A DNA stretch of 64,000 nt from an uncultured Acidobacteriota bacterium. GTDB taxonomy: Bacteria; Acidobacteriota; Thermoanaerobaculia; Gp7-AA8. Made by a program: the position numbers and the translations under genes. The notes under the pieces are model-generated. The model worked only from the letters and a program-made list of their open reading frames with translations. It did not search any database and was not told the origin of the DNA. This document shows positions 55,052 through 64,000 of this stretch, one piece after another; the stretch's first letter is position 1; each line of letters starts with the position of its first letter. The DNA lies in assembly GCA_963822445.1 (NCBI GenBank), contig CAWGHO010000003.1, positions 544,001-608,000 of the forward strand, given 5' to 3'.

Positions 55052-55783
55052 GTGAAGTTGTATGAGCCACTCATCGAGCGCGACCTGAGCGCCATTCCTG
55101 CCGCGGTGCGGGAGTTTCTCGATGAGCATGAGGTCCACGATCTCTACCTCGCCGTGGCGCGCTTCGGCGTGCTCGCGTACGCACCGTCGCAACATTCGAA
55201 ACGGGCGGTGATGGCCTGCCGCGCCGCGTGGGACCTTCGCGAAGAATTCGGCGATCGCTGGCCGGCTCTGATCGTCGAGTGCGCGCGCTACGCTGCCGAA
55301 GCCCGTCAGCCGTGGAGCGAGCCGCCGATCTTTGACTCGCTGGAAGTGCCGGATGAAGACGAGCTGCGCGCAAACGCTAAAGGCGACGCGCTCCTGATGC
55401 TCGACACCGCCCTCGCCCTCATCCCCATCCTCGGCGAAAAAGGCAAAGCGGCCTTGCTGCGAATGCCGCTCATGGAGATGGAAGCGGAACCAAATCCTCC
55501 AAACGACAACGACGCACCGATCGAAGAGCTCGTGCAACGCGTCGTCGATTCAAACGGCGCTGTGGATGCCGTTCGCGACGTCTTCATCTGGTCCGCGAAA
55601 CACCCGACAACCCGACAACCCGACAACCCGACAACCCCGATCTATCCACTGGCGCGCGACTACGCCCAGACCCTGATCGCCCACGCCACGCCACTCCCGG
55701 CTCCACTTCGCGAGACATTTCTCGCCGCCGTGCACCACAATCTCGCGCACGGCGAGAGCTTCGCCGAGTGGAGCTTCGCGTGA
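55052..55783 (+). CDS. Hypothetical protein
   Basis: 243-aa ORF coupled (GTGA) to dacB; no motif recognised. Confidence 0.6.
   Translation: MKLYEPLIERDLSAIPAAVREFLDEHEVHDLYLAVARFGVLAYAPSQHSKRAVMACRAAWDLREEFGDRWPALIVECARYAAEARQPWSEPPIFDSLEVPDEDELRANAKGDALLMLDTALALIPILGEKGKAALLRMPLMEMEAEPNPPNDNDAPIEELVQRVVDSNGAVDAVRDVFIWSAKHPTTRQPDNPTTPIYPLARDYAQTLIAHATPLPAPLRETFLAAVHHNLAHGESFAEWSFA
55602..55637 (+). repeat. Octamer tandem repeat (ACCCGACA x4) inside CDS
   Basis: Four perfect copies; encodes PTTRQPDNPTTP. Confidence 0.8.
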
Positions 55784-56934
55784 GATTCCTCGTCATTTGC
55801 CTGATCGCCGCCGGATGTGCGACCGCGCCGGCGCGCGTCGAGCTTCCCGAGCTCGACACGCCGCCGTTTCACCGCGCGTATTGGGCGGTGCATGTCGAGG
55901 ACGACGATGGCGGCGTTCTGTATTCGCAGAACGCCGACAAGCTGATGATGCCTGCCTCCAATCGCAAGCTCTCCGCCGCCGCGACCGTCGCCAATTGCCT
56001 CGGCTTCGACACGCGGTTATCCACGGAAATCTGGCGCGACGGCGAGGACCTGGTGGTCGTCGGCGACGGCGACCCGACCCTCGGATCCTGGCGTTACGAG
56101 CGCGACGACGACTTCATGCACGCCGCGGCCGCGTTGCGCGCTCGCGGACTTGCGCAGGTGCGCGACGTGGTCATCGACGTCTCCCGCTTCGATCGCATCA
56201 CCGTTCCGTGGAGCTGGAAGCACGGCTTTCTCGACGAGCCGTACGGCGCGCCGGTCGATGCAATCGCCTGGAATGAGAACGGAGAGTTGGGAAGGTCGAT
56301 CCGCGATCCCGCGGGTCGCGCGGCGCGGGCGATGATCGACGCGCTGGTGATCAACGACGTCGCCGTGACCGGCACGACGCGCGTGCAGACCGAGCCGCGC
56401 GCGTGGCAGGAGAAGCTGCTCGACATCCCGTCGCCCACCGTCGCGCAGATGCTGACCACGGTCCTGAAAAACAGCCACAACCTCTACACGGAGATGCTGC
56501 TCAAGCGCGCGGCCGGCGGGACGTATGCGAATGCGTTCGCGATCGATCGCCTGTTTCTCACGACCGAGGCGAAGCTCGATGGGGATTCGTTCCGCTTCGC
56601 TGATGCGTCGGGACTCTCCGCCGACAACCTCACTACAGCCAGGGCCACGATCCGCGTGCTGCGGTGGATGAACGATCCCGCGCGGCGGGGGATGTGGTGG
56701 GCGCTGTTATCCCAGCCGGCCAATGAAGGGACGCTGAGGACGCGGCTGGTGGCGCTCGAGCATCGCCTGCGCGGAAAAACGGGAACGATCAACGGCGTGA
56801 ACTCGCTCAGCGGAATCATCGCCATGCCCGATGGCCGGTATCGCTATTTCTCGGTGATGGTCAATCACCACGCCGGCAGTGGCGACGCGGCGGTGAAGAT
56901 CATCGATCAGGTCGTGGAGCGTTTCGCGAACTAG
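55780..56934 (+). CDS. dacB: D-alanyl-D-alanine carboxypeptidase/endopeptidase (PBP4, peptidase S13), lipoprotein
   Basis: PASNRK (SxxK), SHN (SxN), KTG, GDGDPTL, DASGLS. Confidence 0.9.
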   Translation: MRFLVICLIAAGCATAPARVELPELDTPPFHRAYWAVHVEDDDGGVLYSQNADKLMMPASNRKLSAAATVANCLGFDTRLSTEIWRDGEDLVVVGDGDPTLGSWRYERDDDFMHAAAALRARGLAQVRDVVIDVSRFDRITVPWSWKHGFLDEPYGAPVDAIAWNENGELGRSIRDPAGRAARAMIDALVINDVAVTGTTRVQTEPRAWQEKLLDIPSPTVAQMLTTVLKNSHNLYTEMLLKRAAGGTYANAFAIDRLFLTTEAKLDGDSFRFADASGLSADNLTTARATIRVLRWMNDPARRGMWWALLSQPANEGTLRTRLVALEHRLRGKTGTINGVNSLSGIIAMPDGRYRYFSVMVNHHAGSGDAAVKIIDQVVERFAN

Positions 56935-58412
56935 CGGCGCTCGAAGCGTTCCCCGAAAACCGTCAACGTCTCGATCGTGCCTTCCTGGCCGTGAGCGAAG
57001 ACCACGTTCTCGTCGACGCCGTCCCATTCCGAGTAGGCGGTGAAGACGTCGTGGTGGAGATGCTCGAGGGGGATGGTCATCCGGTTCCACTGGAAGACCG
57101 GCGCGCCGTTGACGATGGTGATCTTCGCCGTGCCGTACACGTCGTTCGTGTACTCGCCGGCGAAGCTCTCCAGCGGCTTCGAGGGCTGCGTGCCCTTCGG
57201 CGCCTTCGCTCTCCGCTCCTGCCGCTCGTACGCTTCCTTCTCGTCGGCCTTGCGGTCGACCATCAGGTAGTAGGCGTTCCAGTCGCGGCCCGGCTTGCCG
57301 GAGAGCATGTCCGCCAGGGCGTTGCGCATCGAGACGAGGGCGATGCCGCGATCGACGTTGATCATCACTACGAATCCGGAGTTGCGCTTCGGCAGCAGCT
57401 CCACGCGCGTGCGGAATCCGTTGAGCGAACCGGAATGCGAGACCAGCAGCTCGCCGCGGTAATCCTGGATGGTCCAGCCCATGCCGTAGGACATCACGTT
57501 CGATTCGGGGTTCAGCTCACGGTTGAGGTTCTCCAGCCGCACGGCCGTCTGCGGGGTACGGGTCTCATTGAGCGCCTTCGGATCGACGAGCTGCCTCTGG
57601 TCGAACGATCCGTCGGCGAGTTGAAAGCGCAGCCAGTTGGCCATGTCTCGCGCCGAGGACTTGATCGCGCCGGCGCTGCCGAGGTTCGTGGTGGCGATCG
57701 GTTTCTGGATGGTGATGGTCTCGGTTCGCCAGTCGTAGTGATGGCCGGTGGCGTGATCGAGCTTTTCCCAGTCGGCGTCGGAGATTGCGGTGGTGGTCAT
57801 GCCCAGCGGCGCGAAGATGCGCTTCTGCATGAACTCTTCGTAGGGCATGCCGCTGGCCGCGGCCACGGCTTCGCCGGCGGCGATGAACATGATGTTGTTG
57901 TAGCCGTACGCGCTGCGGAACGGGCGGGCCGGCTCGAGGAAGGCGAGCTTGCGGATGACTTCCTCGCGGCTCCAGGGGCTGTTATCCCAGAGCTCATCCC
58001 GTCCGCCCAGGCCCGTGCGATGGGAGACGATGTCGCGCAGGGTGACGTTCGCGTCCGCGCACATGTCCGAGAGGCGAAAGTAGGGGACGTGCTTCCGGAC
58101 CGGATCGTCCCAGCTCATCTTCCCGTCGGCGACGAGCATGGCCATGGCCGTGGTGGTGAAGGCTTTGGAGGTCGAGGCGATCTGGAAGAGGGTGTCCTTC
58201 GTTACCGGCGTCCCGGCCAGGTCTTTCGCCCCGTACGCCGCGACATGAATGACCCGGTCGTTCTTGACCACCGCGATCGCCGCCCCGGGGATCCTCCACG
58301 CCTTCATGGTGTTGACCATGACCTTGTCGATCGCCTTCGGATCGATGACGGTGGGCTGGGCGAAGAGGGAGAGGGTGAGGAGAAATGGCAAGAAAAGGGA
58401 AAGCGGGCGCAT
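56931..58412 (-). CDS. Serine hydrolase (beta-lactamase class C-like) with C-terminal DUF3471
   Basis: Signal peptide; FQIASTSK (SxxK), YNN, HSG; FAGEY.N..YG. Confidence 0.9.
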   Translation of the reverse strand: MRPLSLFLPFLLTLSLFAQPTVIDPKAIDKVMVNTMKAWRIPGAAIAVVKNDRVIHVAAYGAKDLAGTPVTKDTLFQIASTSKAFTTTAMAMLVADGKMSWDDPVRKHVPYFRLSDMCADANVTLRDIVSHRTGLGGRDELWDNSPWSREEVIRKLAFLEPARPFRSAYGYNNIMFIAAGEAVAAASGMPYEEFMQKRIFAPLGMTTTAISDADWEKLDHATGHHYDWRTETITIQKPIATTNLGSAGAIKSSARDMANWLRFQLADGSFDQRQLVDPKALNETRTPQTAVRLENLNRELNPESNVMSYGMGWTIQDYRGELLVSHSGSLNGFRTRVELLPKRNSGFVVMINVDRGIALVSMRNALADMLSGKPGRDWNAYYLMVDRKADEKEAYERQERRAKAPKGTQPSKPLESFAGEYTNDVYGTAKITIVNGAPVFQWNRMTIPLEHLHHDVFTAYSEWDGVDENVVFAHGQEGTIETLTVFGERFERR

Positions 58413-58429
58413 CGGTTTGCGATTGTACC

Positions 58430-58546
58430 GGTTGCGAGGTTTCGGGGTTTCAGGGTTACGAGGTGGAGGAGTTTCTGCGAGACGGACAACCTGACAACCC
58501 GACAACGTGACAACCCCGCAACCCCGTAACCCCGAAACCCCGAAAC
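58430..58546. repeat. Inverted octamer tandem-repeat element
   Basis: 4x GGTT.C.. units followed by 8x ...GACAAC / CCCG.AAC units; same family as 7193-7277. Confidence 0.8.
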
Positions 58547-58929
58547 TACTCAAAAGCCAACACCACCTCGAACAACTTGAGCAAATCCTCAAACCTCCCA
58601 TGCGGCTTGGCGATCACCGGTTCCACGTCGTCCGGCGCTTCGAAATCGCTCAGATAGATGATGGGGACCCGCGGCAGGAGTGCGTGGATTTCGTGGGCGA
58701 TGTCCAACGCGCGTAGATCGGGGAGGTCGAGGTCGAGGATCAGAACGTCGGGGTGCAGTCTACGAAGCGTGGGAACTGCCTCCGATCCGTGACTTACCAG
58801 AGAGCATTCCAGCTCCATCAGGCGGAAGAACATGTGCAGCATTTCCGCAGCCGCGCGGTCGCCTTCAACCACCGCCACGCGCCGAGTTGTGAACATCTCG
58901 AGCTCGGGGCTAAGCTTCGTCGGCTGCAA
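58546..58929 (-). CDS. Single-domain response regulator receiver
   Basis: VAVVEGD, PDVLILDLDLPD, PIIYLS, KP; start uncertain. Confidence 0.75.
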   Translation of the reverse strand: MQPTKLSPELEMFTTRRVAVVEGDRAAAEMLHMFFRLMELECSLVSHGSEAVPTLRRLHPDVLILDLDLPDLRALDIAHEIHALLPRVPIIYLSDFEAPDDVEPVIAKPHGRFEDLLKLFEVVLAFE

Positions 58930-58935
58930 TGGATG

Positions 58936-59157
58936 CTACCCGTCCTCCCCTTCGAGATCGAACAGATCGGAGGCCCGGACCGGCTCACCGGAAAGCCGCC
59001 GGCACGCCGCGGAGATCGCCGCGATACACCGCCGGGTCGGTTCCATCCGCCCCATCCGGATCCGGAGCAGGTGCTGCCGGCTGTATCCCGATTCCCGCGC
59101 GAGGTGCGCCGGCTTGACCCGTCTGCTCTTCAGGAACTTTTCGAGTCGTGTGACCAT
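58936..59157 (-). CDS. Small XRE/Cro-like HTH protein
   Basis: LARESGYSRQHLLRIRMGRMEP HTH; ends DLFDL. Confidence 0.78.
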   Translation of the reverse strand: MVTRLEKFLKSRRVKPAHLARESGYSRQHLLRIRMGRMEPTRRCIAAISAACRRLSGEPVRASDLFDLEGEDG

Positions 59158-59171
59158 GTGCAATATCCTGC

Positions 59172-59200
59172 ATCTTAGGCAGGAGCAGTATGGATGTCAA
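59172..59200 (-). promoter_or_regulatory. Sigma70-type promoter for the Cro-like gene
   Basis: Minus strand TTGACA, 17 bp, TAAGAT, 14 nt upstream of the ATG. Confidence 0.75.
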
Positions 59201-59461
59201 TCCGCACGTGCGTCCAATCGCTGTTCCGGAGCAAAATAGTGCGCAACTCATACGTACGCCACGACTTGTAGTCTCAGCCGCCTTTAAGTAACTCCCCAAA
59301 CTTTCTTGCCTCGCATGCGCGTCTACAGGGGGTGGAAAGACGCTCTGGCGTCACTCCGTGTGCGAAAGTGACACTCGCTTTGGTGGGTGTCTGTGAGGTG
59401 AGCCGCTGAGACGTTCCGGCCCTGACCTTCCGAAAGGCTCCCGCCTCCGGAGTGACGTGTG

Positions 59462-59490
59462 TTGCCTAGATCTCAGCCGGTTAGTAACCT
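59462..59490 (+). promoter_or_regulatory. Sigma70-type promoter for the CI-like gene (near-leaderless)
   Basis: TTGCCT, 17 bp, TAACCT, 11 nt before ATG 59502; no SD sequence. Confidence 0.55.
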
Positions 59491-59501
59491 ATAAGTTCCT
59501 C

Positions 59502-60296
59502 ATGCTCGGCGAAACCATTCGCGAAGCCCGCATCCGCAAAGGCCTGACCCAGGCCCGCCTCGCCAAAATGGCAGGCGTCAGCCGGCGTCACCTTGCCGCG
59601 CTGGAGAAGGGGGCCAACGTCTCGGTGAGCATCCTCCAGCGCGTTGCGGCCGTCCTCGAGCTCGAGGAGATTCAGCTCGGCCCGCTGTCTTTGCGCGCCG
59701 GCGAGAAACCGGAACTGAACGTACCACTTCTCACCGACACCATCCGCGAGATCCGCGCGGACGCCGAGCGAGCCAACGCCAAGCTCGCCCGCGTCGAAGG
59801 CATCCTCGGCGGCGTCGCCAGCGCCCCGCGCGAGGTCGGCTCCAGCTTCCCCACACTGCCGGTCCGCCATCTCGATGCACCGCGAGCACCGGTGGCCGAC
59901 CTTCTTCGCGAGCGCCCCGACTGGCTCGAAGTCGAAACGGCAGGGGAGATCCGCCAGGGCCATCCCGTCGACGAAGCGCTACGCGAGAAGATCGCTCTTC
60001 CGAAGAATCTGGTCGATGACGGCGAGATCGTCTTCCGCTTCCGCGGCAACGGCCTCGGCGATCAGGGCATCGAAGACGGCGATCTGCTGGTCGTCGAGAA
60101 TCGCCCCCGCGGCCGCGCCGCAAACGGCGAGCTCGTGGTGGGCCGCATCGGCAAGCAGGTCTGGATCGGCCGCTGGTGGCAGAAGCACGGACAGAAAGGC
60201 CTGATGTCGAACGGGTTGTCCGAGGTGACGACGGGGCGGTCGACGCGGTCGCTGAAGGTGGTGGCGGCGGTGAATCAGATCGTGCGCGGGTTGTGA
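59502..60296 (+). CDS. XRE HTH + S24 (LexA/CI-like) domain regulator, catalytic residues apparently lost
   Basis: GLTQARLAKMAGVSRRHLAALEKG; GEIRQGHP; FRGNGL...GIEDGDLLVV..R..A.NGELVV; no GDSM Ser or K.R Lys. Confidence 0.8.
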   Translation: MLGETIREARIRKGLTQARLAKMAGVSRRHLAALEKGANVSVSILQRVAAVLELEEIQLGPLSLRAGEKPELNVPLLTDTIREIRADAERANAKLARVEGILGGVASAPREVGSSFPTLPVRHLDAPRAPVADLLRERPDWLEVETAGEIRQGHPVDEALREKIALPKNLVDDGEIVFRFRGNGLGDQGIEDGDLLVVENRPRGRAANGELVVGRIGKQVWIGRWWQKHGQKGLMSNGLSEVTTGRSTRSLKVVAAVNQIVRGL

Positions 60297-60313
60297 AGTA
60301 GCATTCGGCCCGC

Positions 60314-62377
60314 ATGAAACGCGCCGCGATTCTCGTTCTCTCTCTCTTCGCCGCCGCCTGCGCATCCGTCCCCCGGGACATCCCGCCCGATCCGCCGCGT
60401 CCGCGCCCGCTCCTGGGCATGAACGGCTTCGACCTGGCGAGCATCGACCGGACCACCGCCGCCTGCGACGACTTCTATCAATACGCGGTCGGCGGCTGGC
60501 GCCAGACCCACCCGCTGCCGGCGATCTACTCGCGCTACGGCCGCTTCGAAGAAGTGGCGGAGCGCAATCGGAAGACGCTCAGGGCGATTCTCGAGGCTTC
60601 CGCGAAAGCAACCGACGCGCAGCCGGGATCGAACGCGCAGAAGATCGGCGACTTCTGGTCGGCCTGCATGAACGAGCCGGCCATCGAAACCGCGGGCGCT
60701 GCCCCGATCCGCGCCGATCTCGATCGCATCGACGCCATCTCCACGCGCGCGGACGTCGCCGCCGAGATTCAGCGCCTGCACGCGAAAGGCGTCGGGCCGC
60801 TGTTCCGCTTCTCCGCGCAGAACGATTTCAAGAACAGCAAGATGATCATCGGCGTCGTCGCGCAGTCCGGTCTCGGCCTGCCGGATCGCGACTACTACCT
60901 GATGGACAGCGAGCACTTCAAGACGACGCGCACGCAGTACGTGGAGCACATGGCCAGGATGTTCGAGCTCGCCGGCATCGACGCGGCGAAAGCGAAGGCC
61001 GATGCGACGCGCGTCCTCGAGCTCGAGACCGCGCTGGCCCGCGCGGCGATGCCGCGCACCGAGACGCGCAACCCCGAAAACATCTACCACATCACTCCGG
61101 TCTCGGAGCTGCAGTCCATCGCGCCGACGATCGGCTGGCCGCGCTACTTCGAAGCGATGGGGCTCACCGACCTGCGCTCGGTCAACGTCGCCCAGCCGGA
61201 GTTCATCCGCGAAGTGAATCGCGTGGTCAGCGAGATGCCGCTCGAATCGCTGAAGGCGTATCTGCGCTGGAACGTGATCGATGCCGCGGCGCCGTACCTG
61301 TCAGCGGCATTCGTCAACGAAAGCTTCACCTTCCGCGGGCAGCAGCTTTCCGGACAGAAAGAGAACGAGCCGCGCTGGCAACGCTGCATCCGCGCCGCCG
61401 ACCAGAACGTCGGCGAGATCCTCGGCCAGGAGTACGTGAAGCGGAACTTCACGCCCGAAGCCAAGGAGAAGATGAATGAGCTGATCGACAACCTCGTGGC
61501 CGCGCTGCGCGAAGGCATTCCCAGGCTGAACTGGATGGGGCCCGAGACGCAGAAGGCCGCGCTGGCGAAGCTCGATGCGTTCAAGCGCCGCATCGGCTAC
61601 CCCGACAAGTGGATCGATTACGCGACGCTGAACATCGGCCGCGATTCGCTCGTGCAGAACGTGCTGGCCGCGAACCAGTTCCGCGTCCGGCGCGCCGTCA
61701 ATCGCATCGGCAAACCCGACGATCCGAACGAGTGGGGCTTCTTCACGCCGTCGACGGTCAACGCCAGCTACAGCCCGCCGACGAACAACATCACCTTCCC
61801 GGCGGGCATCCTCCAGCCGCCGTTCTACGACCCGAATGCCGACGACGCCTACAACTACGGCGGGATCGGATCGGTGATCGGCCACGAGATGACGCACGGG
61901 TTCGACGATTCGGGCGCGCGGTTCGACGCGGAGGGAAATCTGCGGAACTGGTGGAGTGCTGAGGATCTGAAGAAGTTTCAGGATCGCGCGGCCTGCATTC
62001 GCGATCAGTACGGCGCGTGGAACGTCGAGGAGGGGTTGAACCTGCAGGGCAAGCTGGTGACCGGCGAAGCCATCGCCGACCTGGGCGGCGTCACGCTCGC
62101 GCTGCGCGCGTATCAGAAGTCGCTCGTCGGAAAGGATCGGAGCGTTCTCGACGGATTCACTCCCGAACAACGTTTCTTCCTCGGCTTCGCGCAGGTCTGG
62201 GGACAGCAGATGTCGCCCGAAGAGGGGAGGCGGCGGGCGCTGACCGATCCGCACGCGCCGGGTCCCGCGCGCGTGAATCTGACCGTGCAGAACATGCCGG
62301 AATTCGAGGACGCGTGGAACTGCCCGAAAGGGATGAAGATGATGCGGCCCGACAACGAGCGGTGCAAGATCTGGTAG
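60314..62377 (+). CDS. M13 family (neprilysin/PepO-like) metallopeptidase lipoprotein
   Basis: Lipobox AAAC; CDDFYQYA.GGW, VNASY, GHEMTHGFD, GEAIAD, DPHAP. Confidence 0.95.
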   Translation: MKRAAILVLSLFAAACASVPRDIPPDPPRPRPLLGMNGFDLASIDRTTAACDDFYQYAVGGWRQTHPLPAIYSRYGRFEEVAERNRKTLRAILEASAKATDAQPGSNAQKIGDFWSACMNEPAIETAGAAPIRADLDRIDAISTRADVAAEIQRLHAKGVGPLFRFSAQNDFKNSKMIIGVVAQSGLGLPDRDYYLMDSEHFKTTRTQYVEHMARMFELAGIDAAKAKADATRVLELETALARAAMPRTETRNPENIYHITPVSELQSIAPTIGWPRYFEAMGLTDLRSVNVAQPEFIREVNRVVSEMPLESLKAYLRWNVIDAAAPYLSAAFVNESFTFRGQQLSGQKENEPRWQRCIRAADQNVGEILGQEYVKRNFTPEAKEKMNELIDNLVAALREGIPRLNWMGPETQKAALAKLDAFKRRIGYPDKWIDYATLNIGRDSLVQNVLAANQFRVRRAVNRIGKPDDPNEWGFFTPSTVNASYSPPTNNITFPAGILQPPFYDPNADDAYNYGGIGSVIGHEMTHGFDDSGARFDAEGNLRNWWSAEDLKKFQDRAACIRDQYGAWNVEEGLNLQGKLVTGEAIADLGGVTLALRAYQKSLVGKDRSVLDGFTPEQRFFLGFAQVWGQQMSPEEGRRRALTDPHAPGPARVNLTVQNMPEFEDAWNCPKGMKMMRPDNERCKIW

Positions 62378-63803
62378 CGCGGCCGCTCGAGCCGGATGCG
62401 GATGAGATGCGCCGCCTCGTCGACGAGGCGATGCGGCACATCGTGGCGCACATCGAATCGCTGCCGCAGCAGCCGGCGATGAACGTCGAAGGCGCGACGG
62501 AGTACGCGCGGACGCTGATCGAATCGTTGCCGCGCGAAGGGCAGTCGTACGAATCAGCTGCTCGAGTTCCTGTTCAAGGAAGCGATTCCGCGGTCGTTCA
62601 CGTCGGCCGGTCCGGGGTACCTCGCGTACGTTCCGGGCGGCGGTCTCTTTCACTCCGCGGTCGCCGATCTGATCGCGAACGCGGTGAATCGCTACACCGG
62701 CGTGTGCGCCGCGGCGCCTGCGCTCGTGCAGCTCGAGGCGAACGTCATCCGCTGGTTCAACGAGATCGTCGGCTATCCGCGAGGGGCGGGCGGGGTGCTG
62801 CTCAGCGGCGCGTCGCTGGCGAATTTCACGGCCATCGTCGCCGCACGCAAGGCCATGCTGCCGGACGACTTTCTGCGCGGCACGCTCTACTGCTCGAACC
62901 AGATTCATCACTCCTTTCAGAAGGCAGCGAATCTCGCGGGGTTTCCGTACGCGAACATTCGCGAGCTGCCCGTCGACGCCGAGTTCCGCATCCGCGTCGA
63001 TGCGCTCGAGGAAGCGATCGCTCGTGATCGAGTCGAGGGTTGGACGCCGTTTCTGATCGCCGGCAGCGCGGGCACGACCGGCACCGGTGCGGTCGATGAT
63101 CTCGAAGCGCTGGCGCGCATCTCCCGCGAGCAGAAGATGTGGTTCCACGTCGACGGCGCGTACGGCGCGCTGTTCATGCTCACCGAACGCGGACGGGCAG
63201 CGCTGAAAGGGATCGAGCAATCGGACTCGCTGATTCTCGATCCGCACAAGACGCTCTTTCTGCCATTCGGCACGGGTGCCGTGCTGGTGCGTGACGCGAA
63301 CGCGCTCCGCCGCGCGCACTCGCTGCACGCGGACTACCTACCCGGCGATGCAGCAGGAGGACGAGCTCGTCGATTTCTGCGAGATCTCCCCGGAGCTCTC
63401 CCGCGATTACCGCGGCCTCCGCGTCTGGCTGCCGCTGAAGATGTTCGGCATCGAGCCGTTTCGCGAGCAGCTCGATGAGAAGCTCGATCTGATTCAGTTC
63501 GCCGTCGACGAGCTTCGAAAGATCGAAGGCATCGAGATCGTGGCCGAGCCGCAGCTGACGATTACCGCGTTCCGCTACCGGGATGATGAGCAAACCCGCG
63601 AGTTACTGGCCCGCATCAACGAACGCAAGCGAGTGATGCTCACGCCGACGACGCTGCCGGACGGGCGGTTCGTGATCCGTATCGCGATCGTTTCCCACCG
63701 CACGCATCGCGATCGCATCGAGATGCTGCTGGCTGACGTAAAGGGAACGACGGGAGGCCTCCGGCGGCCGGGCCACGGGCCCGGACCCGTTGGGTTGGCC
63801 TAG
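62362..63803 (+). CDS. Group II PLP-dependent (aromatic amino acid-type) decarboxylase; apparent +1 frameshifts near 62556 and 63341
   Basis: PGYLAYVPGG, SLANFTA, AGTTGTGAVDDL, HVDGAYG, DPHK (PLP Lys), ELSRDYRGLRVW; start uncertain. Confidence 0.88.
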
Positions 63804-63910
63804 CCTCCGCGACATTTATCTATCTTGGCGAACTGTGTCGCGGAGGCTAGGCCAACCCAACGGGTCCGGGGCCCGTGGCCCCGGCCGCCGGAGGCCTCCC
63901 GTCGTCCCTT
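63741..63910. repeat. Long inverted repeat / MITE-like hairpin (~74-bp arms)
   Basis: 63741-63814 is a near-perfect reverse complement of 63836-63910, with a 21-nt AT-richer loop. Confidence 0.88.
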
Positions 63911-64000
63911 CAAGCCAGGCCCGAAGGCAGACGCGGCGACGACAGCAACTCCGCGAACACATCCCACCGCTTCTGCGCGTCCCCGCCGCATTTGCGTTCG

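Overview
GC-rich bacterial chromosomal segment. The gene content (DUF1549/DUF1553 and DUF1501 proteins, Ser/Thr kinase with beta-propeller, dnaK-hspR) suggests an Acidobacteriota/Thermoanaerobaculia-like host; this is inference only. The main feature is an ~18 kb co-oriented, largely translationally coupled cluster (3001-21287) that reads as a complete trans-envelope redox chain with built-in signalling domains. In order it encodes DUF1549/1553 and DUF1501 proteins, a DUF4388-FHA protein, an FAD/NAD(P)H oxidoreductase-2x cNMP-4x[4Fe-4S] fusion, a di-heme b membrane protein, an FHA-decaheme-FHA cytochrome, a double GlcG heme-binding protein, an outer-membrane barrel, a decaheme-LVIVD cytochrome and a c554-like cytochrome. 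Other notable loci are a membrane protein plus tandem pseudo-CHAT/CHAT protease operon, a LodA/LodB pair, a convergent pair of paralogous ribbon-helix-helix-like genes, and an orphan CI/Cro-like divergent pair with a catalytically dead S24 domain. The window also has a tail-collar/GNAT/DUF6916 locus, ChvI/ChvG-like genes and many REP-like and 7-8 bp tandem-repeat elements. Several genes, including dnaK, carry apparent +1 frameshifts that are most likely sequencing errors. No rRNA, tRNA, CRISPR array, transposase or integrase was recognised.
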